A DNA stretch of 64,000 nucleotides from Candidatus Poribacteria bacterium. Its GTDB lineage: Bacteria; Poribacteria; WGA-4E; WGA-3G. Each line of letters opens with the position of its first letter. Position 1 is the first letter of the stretch. The position numbers were made by a program, and so were the translations under genes. Shown here piece after piece: positions 9,167 to 18,529 of the stretch. A model generated the notes under the pieces. It had not been told where the DNA came from, searched no databases, and saw only the letters and a list, made by a program, of their open reading frames with translations. The stretch lies in the NCBI GenBank assembly GCA_965215265.1, contig OZ244048.1, positions 2,496,001 to 2,560,000 on the forward strand, written 5' to 3'.

Positions 9167-10033
9167 ATGATTGACAAAGGCTATGAAAACCCAGGATTAC
9201 TTATCTCGGCAGAGGAATTGAAAGCCAAGGTTCAAGCAACGCTTGCGTCGGACGCGCCTGATGCCGATGAACCGTTCTGCATTGTGGATGTTCGTCCGAC
9301 GTATGAATATGTGCGTGGGCATATTCCGGGGGCGTTGCATCTGGATCTGTTCGGGCTGAGCCTGATTGATACCCGCAAAGCGACGTTTGATGCGTTTATG
9401 TGGATGATAGGTTACCTCTTTCAACAACGGGGTATTGACCCGGATAAAACGATCATCTGGTATGAGGATATTTCAGGTACGCGTGCTTCCCGTGGGTTTT
9501 GGTTTTGTGAGTACTTTGGGCATGCGAAGACGCGTCTATTAGATGGTGGTTACAAAGCCTGGTTAGCGGCAGAGGGTCCTGTCAGTACGGCGGGTGTTGA
9601 ACCGCCCGAGGTGCCGCCGTTTCCGATTAACCCGCGACACGAGACGCACATGGATGCAGATGTCATCCGTGTTCTGTTAAATCGTGAGGATTTTGTGCCG
9701 CTGGATACGCGGACAGCCGATGAACACTACGGTAGAGTGGCCCGTGCGGCACGCGCAGGCGCGATTCCGGGTTCCATCCATATTGAATGGCTCGATAACC
9801 TTGACGAGACGGGTGCTTTTAAACCTGCTCAGGAACTGCGAGAGATGTACGAAGCCGTCGGTATTACGTCAGACAAACAGGTTATGTGCTACTGACAGGG
9901 TGGGTACCGCTCTTCCCAGAGTTATTTAGCGCTGCGGCTTTTGGGTTATAAAGCCAGCAACTATATCGGCTCATGGAAAGAGTGGGGTGACCGGCTGGAT
10001 TTGCCGGTTGAAGTGCCTGAGGCATCTGCCTAA
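9167..10033 (+). CDS. Tandem-domain rhodanese/sulfurtransferase, probable selenoprotein (UGA 9893-9895 = Sec)
   Basis: GHIPGA, LDGG, GAIPGS motifs. The frame continues past TGA as [36 protein letters not shown] to TAA 10031-10033, completing the rhodanese active loop and signature. Confidence 0.85.
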
Positions 10034-10135
10034 ATTGCAGATGGAATTTGCAGGAAAAGATCCGGGGCTGGGATGTCTGTTATGGAAGCGTAGTTGAACA
10101 GTATGATGTATTTGTATAAGTAAGAAGCGAGAGTA

Positions 10136-10185
10136 CATAACCCCTTTCTCTCTTTTCTCCCTGGATGTGTGAGAAAGGGGTTATG
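10136..10185. terminator. Inverted repeat between the convergent rhodanese and moeA genes
   Basis: 15-bp perfect stem CATAACCCCTTTCTC / GAGAAAGGGGTTATG. Confidence 0.65.
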
Positions 10186-10212
10186 CTCATCCGTGGTTAA
10201 TTTGAGGTGCGC

Positions 10213-11412
10213 CTAAAAGAACTGTGCATCTACAATTTCGCCTGCCTGCATTCTGGCGCCGGCTGGAATGGTAATTAGCCCGTTGGCCAAGACGAGCGAA
10301 TGAAGGATGCCGGAGCCTTGGGGTCCGGTTGTTTTCGCTGTGTAGTTCCCCCCATGTTCTGTTAGAATGGCGCGCATATAGTTGACTCTTCCATCTCTGT
10401 TTACGATATTTTCTGCGAGGGCGGCTTTGAAGGTTGGCCGTAACAGTTGGGAGTGTCCGGCCATTTTGAGGAGTGCTGGACGCACGAACAGTTCGAAGAC
10501 CACGAGGGAAGAGACTGGATTGCCGGGCAATCCAAAGATCGGTTTTCCGTCAGCAATCCCGTAAGCTTGCGGTTTTCCGGGTTTCATAGCGACACGCCAA
10601 AAGTTAATCTTTCCCAATTTCTCCAACACATTTTTAACGATATCGTGCTCGCCGACTGAAACCCCGCCGCTGGTGATGAGTGCGTCGGCTTGCGCCAGGG
10701 CAGCCCGAAATGTCTGTTCTGTTTCTGCTTCGTCGTCACGGGCAATCCCGATATCTATCGGAATAGCCCCTGCTTCCTTGACTTGTGCATAAATTCCGTA
10801 GCGGTTGCTATCTCGGATTTTTCCGGGGGTGAGTTGCTCGCCGAGGGGTGTCAACTCGTCGCCGGTCGAAACGATTGCGACGGTAGGTTTTCGATGTACC
10901 GTTACCTTATTGCAATTGAGGGAGGCGAGCATAGAGATTTCTGGTGGGCGGAGCTGCTTTCCGGGTGCCATGACGCGTTCGCCTCGCTTCACGCTCTCTC
11001 CGGTGAATCGGACGTTTCGGTTTTCGTCAACATCCTCAAAAATGTTGACGGTATCGTTTTGTTGTTGTGTTACCTCTTGCATGACGACGGCATCAGCGCC
11101 GTGTGGCATCATTGCGCCTGTCATAATCCGTGCTGCTTGACCTGGCTGGACAGGTTTGGTGGGTGCATATCCGGCTGCGATTGTCTCCACGATGGTGAGT
11201 ATAACAGGATTATCTTTCGACGCGCCCTGCACATCTGAGGCATGGACAGCGTAGCCGTCCATCGCCGAATTGTCAAACGGCGGTATATCTTCAGCGGCAT
11301 AGAGTGCTTCGGCGAGGACATATCCAAAGCAGTTGAGGATATTGCGTTTTTCTGTTGATAAAACAGGAATGGTGTCTAGCATCTGTTGACGTGCGGCTTC
11401 AACACTTAGCAT
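10213..11412 (-). CDS. moeA: Molybdopterin molybdotransferase MoeA
   Basis: PPFDNSAMDGYA, IMTGA, STGDEL, ITSGGVSVG, MKPGKP, LPGNPVS. Start placed at MLSVEAA. Confidence 0.95.
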   Translation of the reverse strand: MLSVEAARQQMLDTIPVLSTEKRNILNCFGYVLAEALYAAEDIPPFDNSAMDGYAVHASDVQGASKDNPVILTIVETIAAGYAPTKPVQPGQAARIMTGAMMPHGADAVVMQEVTQQQNDTVNIFEDVDENRNVRFTGESVKRGERVMAPGKQLRPPEISMLASLNCNKVTVHRKPTVAIVSTGDELTPLGEQLTPGKIRDSNRYGIYAQVKEAGAIPIDIGIARDDEAETEQTFRAALAQADALITSGGVSVGEHDIVKNVLEKLGKINFWRVAMKPGKPQAYGIADGKPIFGLPGNPVSSLVVFELFVRPALLKMAGHSQLLRPTFKAALAENIVNRDGRVNYMRAILTEHGGNYTAKTTGPQGSGILHSLVLANGLITIPAGARMQAGEIVDAQFF

Positions 11413-11513
11413 GATAATTTTTCTCCATTTCGTTTTGTATTGTTGCATATCATATAACATAAAGACGGTAACTGCAAGCAGTTATTTTGCTGCGGCTTGT
11501 CATAAAATTTTAT

Positions 11514-11542
11514 TTGACATTGATGCAATCATATCGTATAAT
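11514..11542 (+). promoter_or_regulatory. Consensus sigma70 promoter with overlapping imperfect palindrome (possible Fur/Zur-family operator)
   Basis: TTGACA-17 bp-TATAAT; the spacer/-10 region contains ATGCAAT-CAT-ATCGTAT (imperfect 7-3-7). Confidence 0.75.
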
Positions 11543-11576
11543 ACTTAAAAAGTGTAGTTCACAAGTCAGTAAAATT

Positions 11577-11900
11577 ATGAAGAACGACAAAATTTTTAAG
11601 CTACTGATACTGATAGGCCTTTGTGGTTATGCGGTTGTGTTCGCTTTCGTCGCGTTAATGCATACCCATGAGCATCACGTGTGTTCTGATTCGGTTGAGG
11701 ATTGCACGGCGTGTTTCTATGATGTCCATCATATAGCGGAGGCGATTCCTCTCGTTGCATCTGTTGTGCGGGAATGTTGGATTGCAATCCAGCCCGGTTA
11801 TGATGCGATTTTCCTCTCCGTCAACCTTTCCTATAGCGCGCTCAGCCGGGCGCCGCCCTCTCCTCCTATTTATCAAAAAGCCGATGTTGGGCTAGTTTAA
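11577..11900 (+). CDS. DUF2946/CruR-like leader protein with His-rich, CxxC and RAPP motifs
   Basis: TM/signal segment, HTHEHH, DCTAC, C-terminal SRAPP; first ORF of a metal-uptake operon. Confidence 0.75.
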   Translation: MKNDKIFKLLILIGLCGYAVVFAFVALMHTHEHHVCSDSVEDCTACFYDVHHIAEAIPLVASVVRECWIAIQPGYDAIFLSVNLSYSALSRAPPSPPIYQKADVGLV

Positions 11901-12163
11901 CAAATCGGCTACCCCTATACGTATATCTTTTGAAAAATCCATAGTTCATTCGCGAATTATTTACCGTTTATCGCTGTAAGACTATGGTTTACTGTCTGCG
12001 TGCCTAATTCTTTACGCGCCGAGTTCTTCGTGCCATAATTATAACACGAGTGCACAGATTTGAACGGGAGGTCTTCGCGCAATTGTCATGAATTAGACTT
12101 TATTTTAACGCGGATTGAACGCTAAGCTAGAAGAATACCGATGAATAGATAAAATTGGAGGAT

Positions 12164-12808
12164 ATGATGTTTAAGCAATTCCGTAAGTGCGGTGGCGCAC
12201 ATTTTTCAACTTTTCAAGTAACTTTACTCAGTTTTGCCGTAGTGCTGCTCCTTTTTGGATGTGGTGAAGATGATAACCCAATTGTGGACGAGCATGAGCA
12301 CGAGCACGAAGAAGCGCCTTTCCACGCAGATGCTGATGGGTTTTTGCTAAAAGTGGATGGCGCGGAAGTTTATAGACAATTCCAAGGCACCGCAACCGGC
12401 GGGCTCACCGTTGGTGTCGGCGAAGAAGTCGAGGTTCACGTTAGATTCCTTAGTCCGAACGGGGATGAATTCCTGCCTAGTGGGACAGAGGAACACGATG
12501 AACATGAACACGCCGAGCATGGAGAAGAACCGTTTTTCCTTAATTTAACCGGTTACGATATCGCGATTGCTGATATCCATCTTCATGAAGAACATGAAGA
12601 ACATGAAGAACATGAAGAACATGAAGAACATGAAGAACATGAAGAACATGAAGAACATGAAGATGAGCACCACGATGAAGCCGGTGAAAAGTGGGTGTTT
12701 GAAGTCGTTGGCGTGAAGGCCGGCAAAACCGACATCAAGCTGCAACTATTTCATGGTGACCACGCTGATTTTACCGCGGCCCTCTTGATTCCTGTGACGG
12801 TTCAATAG
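12164..12808 (+). CDS. His/Glu-rich lipoprotein, putative metal-binding
   Basis: Lipobox LLFGC; three His-rich tracts; HADADG and HGDHADF motifs; SD GGAGG. Confidence 0.8.
   Translation: MMFKQFRKCGGAHFSTFQVTLLSFAVVLLLFGCGEDDNPIVDEHEHEHEEAPFHADADGFLLKVDGAEVYRQFQGTATGGLTVGVGEEVEVHVRFLSPNGDEFLPSGTEEHDEHEHAEHGEEPFFLNLTGYDIAIADIHLHEEHEEHEEHEEHEEHEEHEEHEEHEDEHHDEAGEKWVFEVVGVKAGKTDIKLQLFHGDHADFTAALLIPVTVQ
12584..12664 (+). repeat. 9-bp tandem repeat (CATGAAGAA)x8 plus one variant, encoding HEE
   Basis: Perfect copies 12584-12655, then CATGAAGAT. Confidence 0.97.
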
Positions 12809-12859
12809 CGATAGGAAGCGATATAAGCACACTATTGCTATTGAAAAGGAGAGGATATT

Positions 12860-15172
12860 ATGAGTAGGGTATCGATGCTTTTACGGAATACTGACGGATT
12901 AACTTGCTGTTCGAGAACGTGCGCGAAAAAGTGGTTACTCGCGTTTGGCACGGCGTGTCTGTTCTGTACCGTCAAGTATACCGCCTGCAGTGAGGTTAGA
13001 AGATTTCCGCTCCGCGGGCAGGTTATTGACGCGCAGCACCGTGTTCCTCTTGAGAGTACTGTCGTTAGTATCGTTATAAATGCATTCGACGATAGAGAGA
13101 ATAGAGATTCTGTTTCCACGCGTACAGTTCGTAGCGATGCGGGTGGGTGGTTTGACTTTCAAGGTGTTCCTGAAGGCAAGCAAAAACTTCGGATTGTCAA
13201 GGCGGACTATCATCCGTTTGAACAAGTGATTGATGTTGATAGTTCCACGGCTGAGCTGCAAGTCGTGCTGAAAAAAGTCGCCTTTCAACTAGAGGGCATT
13301 ACGGTGTATGGCTCAAGTCGTGGCCTACCGCAGCTTGATGCGACAACAGGCTTTGCACTTGATGAGGTTGCACTTCAGAAGCGCCTTGGAATGACTTTGG
13401 CCTCCACATTAACCAATGAGCTGGGTGTGTCCGAACGGACGTTGGGGCGTGCAGTCGCGCGTCCTGTCATCCGTGGGCTCGGTGGGAACAGGCTACTGAT
13501 TCTTGAAAATGGTGTTCGGACGGGCGATAAATCTGCGTCCAGTGCAGACCACGCTGTCGCCTTCGATCCGACTTCAGCTAAGAATGTTGAAATTACGCGC
13601 GGGCCGGCATCGCTCCTATACGGTTCGAGTACGCTTGGGGGGGTTGTGAACGTTCGAAGCAACAGCATATCAGCCGTGTTGCCGAAACATCCGAGCATGG
13701 ATTTGAGTTTCCAGAGTGAAACAGTCAATTCAGGTGTGATGGCGAATACGAGGGTTGCTGTTCCAGTCGGCGACTTTGCAGGAGTGATGGAATGGAACCG
13801 CCGGCTGGCTAAAGATACGCGTACGCCGCTGGGCATATTAGAGAACACAGCGGTCTCAAATATTAATTTTTCAACGGGAGCGTCCATAATTCAGGAGTGG
13901 GGCCATCTGGGGCTATCGGGTGGCAGTTACCGTTCGCATTACGGCATTCCCGGTTCTCCTGAGGGACATATCACCGGTGTGAACATCGTGCTGGATCGGC
14001 AGCGGTATGAGGGCCAATTGGAGTACGGTTTCAGTCGTGCGTGGCTGGATAAAATCAAGTTCCGGGGGGCATATACGCGTTACCAGCATCAAGAATTGGA
14101 GTCAAACGGCAGCATCGGTGTTGAATTCGGGGTGCTAACGTACAGCGTTTCAGCAATGGCGCATGTTTTTGACAATGCGATCATGGGGGTTTGGTGGCAG
14201 TACCGGGACCATGCCACAGGTGGATTTTATTGGACACCGCACACGCGCGAGTTTGCGTTGGCGGGATTCTATCTGAACCAACGCAATTTTGATAGGTTCA
14301 CCTTACAGGGTGCTATCCGTTATGACATAAGCCGCACCGCTCCGTTTTATCCGGGTACAGTCATACGTGCTGGAGCTGTAGAACAGCGTGATTTTAACGG
14401 TGTCTCCGGTGCGGTTTCCGGGATTTACCGTTGGAACGATCGGATAAGTGCTGGTGGCACGTTAATGAAGACGTTTCGTGCGCCGGGTATAGAGGAGCTC
14501 TTTTCGGACGGTCCGCATTTAGCTATCTATTCGTATGAAATCGGCAATGCGGCGTTACCAGCCGAGAACGGCTATGGGAGCGAACTGTTCGGGCGTTATT
14601 CAAGCGACAGGGTCAAGTTCAAATTGGCGCTGTTCCACAATCAGATAGAAAATTATCTTATTCCGACGAACACTGGCGAAAAAGATTGGGGAAGCGGTGC
14701 GGCGGGATGGTTGTGGATTTACCAGTACATGGGGCAGGACGTTGTGATGGATGGTGTGGAAATAGAGTTTCAAAGCGAGGTTCTGCCCCGTTTTCACGTC
14801 CAATTCGGTGTGAGTTACCTTAACGGCAGGATTACATCCGGTGCGCAAGCGAGAAAACCGTTGGAACGGATACCGCCTTTGAACGGCAAATTCGCTCTCC
14901 GTTACATCCGGGTGCCGTTTGAGGTCCATCTGACAACCCGGTTTTCAGCGAGTCAGACCCGCCTTGGCGAATTTGAGGAGCCGACAGACGGCTATCTTGT
15001 CTACGATGCCGGCTGTTACTTCAATTTACCGTGGTGGAAACTCGAGAATATAGTAGTTCTTGAGGTAGAGAACCTGTTGGATACGGCTTACCGCGAGCAT
15101 CTTTCTCGCATCAAATCGATTATGCCGGAGCCGGGGCGGAATGTCAAATTTTTGTATAAACTTAATTTTTAA
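12860..15172 (+). CDS. TonB-dependent receptor (ZnuD-like metal uptake)
   Basis: N-terminal carboxypeptidase-regulatory-like domain; plug RPVIRGLGGNR, SADHAV, RGPASLLYGS; C-terminal NLLD...PGRN...F. Confidence 0.9.
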   Translation: MSRVSMLLRNTDGLTCCSRTCAKKWLLAFGTACLFCTVKYTACSEVRRFPLRGQVIDAQHRVPLESTVVSIVINAFDDRENRDSVSTRTVRSDAGGWFDFQGVPEGKQKLRIVKADYHPFEQVIDVDSSTAELQVVLKKVAFQLEGITVYGSSRGLPQLDATTGFALDEVALQKRLGMTLASTLTNELGVSERTLGRAVARPVIRGLGGNRLLILENGVRTGDKSASSADHAVAFDPTSAKNVEITRGPASLLYGSSTLGGVVNVRSNSISAVLPKHPSMDLSFQSETVNSGVMANTRVAVPVGDFAGVMEWNRRLAKDTRTPLGILENTAVSNINFSTGASIIQEWGHLGLSGGSYRSHYGIPGSPEGHITGVNIVLDRQRYEGQLEYGFSRAWLDKIKFRGAYTRYQHQELESNGSIGVEFGVLTYSVSAMAHVFDNAIMGVWWQYRDHATGGFYWTPHTREFALAGFYLNQRNFDRFTLQGAIRYDISRTAPFYPGTVIRAGAVEQRDFNGVSGAVSGIYRWNDRISAGGTLMKTFRAPGIEELFSDGPHLAIYSYEIGNAALPAENGYGSELFGRYSSDRVKFKLALFHNQIENYLIPTNTGEKDWGSGAAGWLWIYQYMGQDVVMDGVEIEFQSEVLPRFHVQFGVSYLNGRITSGAQARKPLERIPPLNGKFALRYIRVPFEVHLTTRFSASQTRLGEFEEPTDGYLVYDAGCYFNLPWWKLENIVVLEVENLLDTAYREHLSRIKSIMPEPGRNVKFLYKLNF

Positions 15173-15241
15173 TCCTTAATTTTGCAGTGTATAAATAGCG
15201 TGCTTTACAAGCGTGCTATTTATACATGCATAGGAGTTAGT

Positions 15242-15637
15242 GTGAACAAACATTTTAATAGTGAAATTTTAGATAATACCGGCGCGTGTCTTTCTTTTGC
15301 GTGTGCCATTCATTGTCTTGCCATGCCGCTTTTGGTTGTTGCTTTACCACTTCTCGGACTCGGTTTCCTTGCGAGTGAACCAACTGAGCGGATATTGCTG
15401 CTCGGAGCGATTGTGCTCGCAGTTGGAAGCATCACTTGGGGAATTCAACACCATCGGCAATGGCGTGCCTTTCTCATCCTACTTGCAGCGATGACGTTTC
15501 TAGGCATCGCTAAAACCGTTGAGGTAGGCAGTTTTGAGGTAGTTTTTCACAGTTTAGGTGCTGTCCTGCTTGCAGCTGCGCATCTCTTAAATCGTTATTT
15601 GTGCCGGACATGCCCGGCCTGTGAAAAAGGAGAGTAA
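15242..15637 (+). CDS. MerC domain-containing membrane protein
   Basis: LD..G..LS.ACAIHCLA.P and C-terminal AH.LN; SD GGAG before GTG 15242. Confidence 0.85.
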   Translation: MNKHFNSEILDNTGACLSFACAIHCLAMPLLVVALPLLGLGFLASEPTERILLLGAIVLAVGSITWGIQHHRQWRAFLILLAAMTFLGIAKTVEVGSFEVVFHSLGAVLLAAAHLLNRYLCRTCPACEKGE

Positions 15638-15803
15638 CGTCAACCGCGAGACACGTGTCTTGGGCCTGAAGAGTCTGCTTGTTTACGGGATATTGGAGGT
15701 GCGCTTTGTCGGCGCACCTCAACGTTTATAGCGGTGTTGGAAACACGCAATCCCAATTTTGCCCCACGGTATCTCGTCTGCGGCTTTGTCGTCAGAAATC
15801 CGT

Positions 15804-16322
15804 TCAATTAATTAAGAGGAGCATGCCAATCTTTGCGGAGATAATGCCGAGGATGGATCCAGCGATAACATCGGTTGGATAGTGGATACCGAGATAAACG
15901 CGCGAAAATCCTACCGTTGTCGCCCAAATTTGCATCGGGATGCGGAATTCTGGAAGGATTTGTGAGAGCAGGGTTACCATCGCAAATGCGGCGGCGGTGT
16001 GCCCAGATGGGAAGCTGAACACGTCCCGCGGTGCCATGAGAAATTCGACCTGATCGAGACGTTCAAAAGGACGTTGCCGTTTCAGGGTTAGTTTCAGCGT
16101 CCAATAGAGCGAACGTTCTAGTGCGAACGCAAATAGGGCGGTTATGAAAAGCGACTTTTCAAATAGTAGCAGGTACCCCGCGATAATAGCATAAAGATGA
16201 CCGTCAGCACTGCGAGATACGCCTAACATGAAAAAATCCGGGTATCTCCTTCCGTTCCATCCAAAGATCCGGTAGAACAGCTGCGTATCCCAATGCCGGA
16301 GGCGATTAACAAATTCTGGCAT
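15804..16322 (-). CDS. PAP2 family phosphatase
   Basis: KxxxxRxRP, SFPSGH, SRVYLGIHYPTD. Confidence 0.92.
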   Translation of the reverse strand: MPEFVNRLRHWDTQLFYRIFGWNGRRYPDFFMLGVSRSADGHLYAIIAGYLLLFEKSLFITALFAFALERSLYWTLKLTLKRQRPFERLDQVEFLMAPRDVFSFPSGHTAAAFAMVTLLSQILPEFRIPMQIWATTVGFSRVYLGIHYPTDVIAGSILGIISAKIGMLLLIN

Positions 16323-16596
16323 TGTCCACTTTTTTTATGATTCAGAGAGGGTTCAGGTGACGAGGTTAAGAGCCTAGGTTCACACAGAGCGTGCCTTCTT
16401 TGAACCGTATACAAAAATCGTAATACTGTTATTAAAATTATAGCATAATTCTCTATAAATTTCAAAGCATTTTTGTGTAAAGTTTTTGTATGCGCGTGTA
16501 GTAGCGAAATCTGGAGCTCGATACTCAGGGCGAATTGACAGACACGCCTGCTATCTCCATTCCTAGTGCCGGTGCGCCGGTGGAGATTGGCTTACT

Positions 16597-17259
16597 TCAA
16601 ATATCTTTTAGAGTGTTATTGATGCGGTGCGCGTTTTCGAAATCTGCGGGTGTATTCACATTGAAAAAAGAGAGGCCTTCTGCATCAAACGGTTGCCAAC
16701 GTTCAGGGGGTACTGTCCGCATCCGGACGCGGTGATAGAGTTCATGGACGCGTAGTTCGGATTCATTCAGCATTTTTTCAATTACACGGAGCCCCTGCTT
16801 AGAATAGACAGCGCATAAGGTTTGCAGCGTTCTCTTTTTTTGAATGCAGGTATACGGCACAACCGCATCATATTCGTCCAAAAGGGAGACGAGATACGTC
16901 AGCAGCTTCGGTTCTAAAAATGGCGTATCGCAAGCGACACAAAGTGCAGCGTCATACGAAGCATAGGTTAACCCTGTGTGGATTCCACCGAGTGCTCCTG
17001 CGTTGGGAATAATATCTATGTGTCGAGGTACGTCAAATTCAGTATATGCCTCAGGGCTATTGGTGATAAGCAGCAGTTCATCTGTCACGGTGCGCATGCG
17101 ATGGATAACATGTCCAATGAGAGTCTCGTCTCCGATGCGCATCAACGCCTTATTTTGTCCCATCCGTCTGCTGTTGCCACCGGCAAGGATAACCCCGGTG
17201 ACAGGTTTTTGTCGGTAGTAGCGTTCAGGACTCTCTGGTGTGAAAGCGTTTGTGCTCAT
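16597..17259 (-). CDS. mobA: Molybdenum cofactor guanylyltransferase
   Basis: ILAGGNSRRMGQNKA, GALGGI, ACDTP, FNVNTP. Start placed at MSTNAF. Confidence 0.92.
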   Translation of the reverse strand: MSTNAFTPESPERYYRQKPVTGVILAGGNSRRMGQNKALMRIGDETLIGHVIHRMRTVTDELLLITNSPEAYTEFDVPRHIDIIPNAGALGGIHTGLTYASYDAALCVACDTPFLEPKLLTYLVSLLDEYDAVVPYTCIQKKRTLQTLCAVYSKQGLRVIEKMLNESELRVHELYHRVRMRTVPPERWQPFDAEGLSFFNVNTPADFENAHRINNTLKDI

Positions 17260-17338
17260 CGCGGCAGACTCCTTTTTTGATGATGGAAGCGTTTTGCATG
17301 TGCATATAGCATTCCGTCTGTGCGAATATTCCTTGCGG

Positions 17339-18523
17339 TTACTCGTCAGTGCCTTTTTGGCTGATACGTTCAATAACATCGACAATTAACTCGCCTACTT
17401 GCTGTAGACTTTCTACAGAGAGGAGTTCGCCTCGATCTTGTTTGGAGTGAACTTTTAAGGTGACGCTGCTTGCACCGCCCGCCGTTAACGTAACCGTTTC
17501 TAATCCACGGCTCGCAATCGGAATGCTATCCAATCCGACACCGACAGGAAGATACCTCTCTGTAATCTGGACACCGAGGGATGCTCCGGATGCTTGGAAC
17601 CAGGTTCTCAGCTTAGCGGTGGTGCAAACGGGTGGAATCCCGTAGCGTGTAACGAGATTCACTCTGTTTCCGATGCCGAGTCCGTCTAAGTTGATAATAT
17701 AGGTGCGATTGCGGTTATGTTCATCAGCATGCTTCTGTATATAGCGTAACGCTCCACACATGCCGTATTCTTCTGCCCCAGTCGCGAGAAAGGTCACAGG
17801 TGTCTTGTTCCCACGTGCTGTTACAGTGCGTGCGACTTCCAAGAGAACGCCAACCCCCGAAGCGTTGTCGAAACCACCGGGAGACTGGTTTTGGGTTAAA
17901 TTGATTTGTAACAGCAATAGACAAAAACTGGTAATGCCTGCAATAGCCCAGGCTATGGCATCAGGTAACCCAGCGAAACCGATGAGCTGAATTACCGTAG
18001 CGATTATTAAAAGAATAAGTCCAAAAATTGAGACACCGTAAGCGGCAGCACGGACGGCAATCGGCAAAACCTGCGATTTAGAGTCGTAGTGTGCTACTAA
18101 GATCACGGTGGGAATCTTGCTATCTTGTGTCTCGCCTGTCGTTGCGACAATATTCTCCGAGCAATGTTTTCTGCCAACCTCGTACAACCTCTCTGCCCAT
18201 TTCTGCCAACGCGTGAATATTATAGCTATAGCGAGCGCGAGTACGCAGGCGAGACATATAGGGAGAGGAAACTGTTCACCTAACCATGGGACAGAGATGA
18301 CGATCGGCGTGATAAAAGCACATAAGATACGGGGCAATACTTCGGCGGGGAATTTCGTAAAGTGGAAGCGTTCCCGCTGAAGGTGCAGTCCAAATTTTGT
18401 GAATTGCTGTATGATATATTCTTGTGCCTTTGCCTCGCCTTCGCTGCCGGCAAGTCTCGGTACAGCGAGATGCCTGATGTGATGGTATGCGCGTTTTGCG
18501 TTATAATTGTGGTTTGTGCTCAT
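17339..18523 (-). CDS. Membrane-bound M28 family peptidase
   Basis: AHYDS, DNASG, AEEYG, INLD, H.KQD; TM segments. Confidence 0.85.
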   Translation of the reverse strand: MSTNHNYNAKRAYHHIRHLAVPRLAGSEGEAKAQEYIIQQFTKFGLHLQRERFHFTKFPAEVLPRILCAFITPIVISVPWLGEQFPLPICLACVLALAIAIIFTRWQKWAERLYEVGRKHCSENIVATTGETQDSKIPTVILVAHYDSKSQVLPIAVRAAAYGVSIFGLILLIIATVIQLIGFAGLPDAIAWAIAGITSFCLLLLQINLTQNQSPGGFDNASGVGVLLEVARTVTARGNKTPVTFLATGAEEYGMCGALRYIQKHADEHNRNRTYIINLDGLGIGNRVNLVTRYGIPPVCTTAKLRTWFQASGASLGVQITERYLPVGVGLDSIPIASRGLETVTLTAGGASSVTLKVHSKQDRGELLSVESLQQVGELIVDVIERISQKGTDE

Positions 18524-18529
18524 GCGGCA

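Noticed and set aside
9167-9895. Rhodanese ending at 9895 as a complete gene or simple pseudogene
   Set aside because: The UGA coincides with the catalytic residue and the downstream frame is intact; Sec read-through is the better explanation.
12545-12745. FMF-repeat minus-strand ORF
   Set aside because: Antisense of the HEE tandem repeat.
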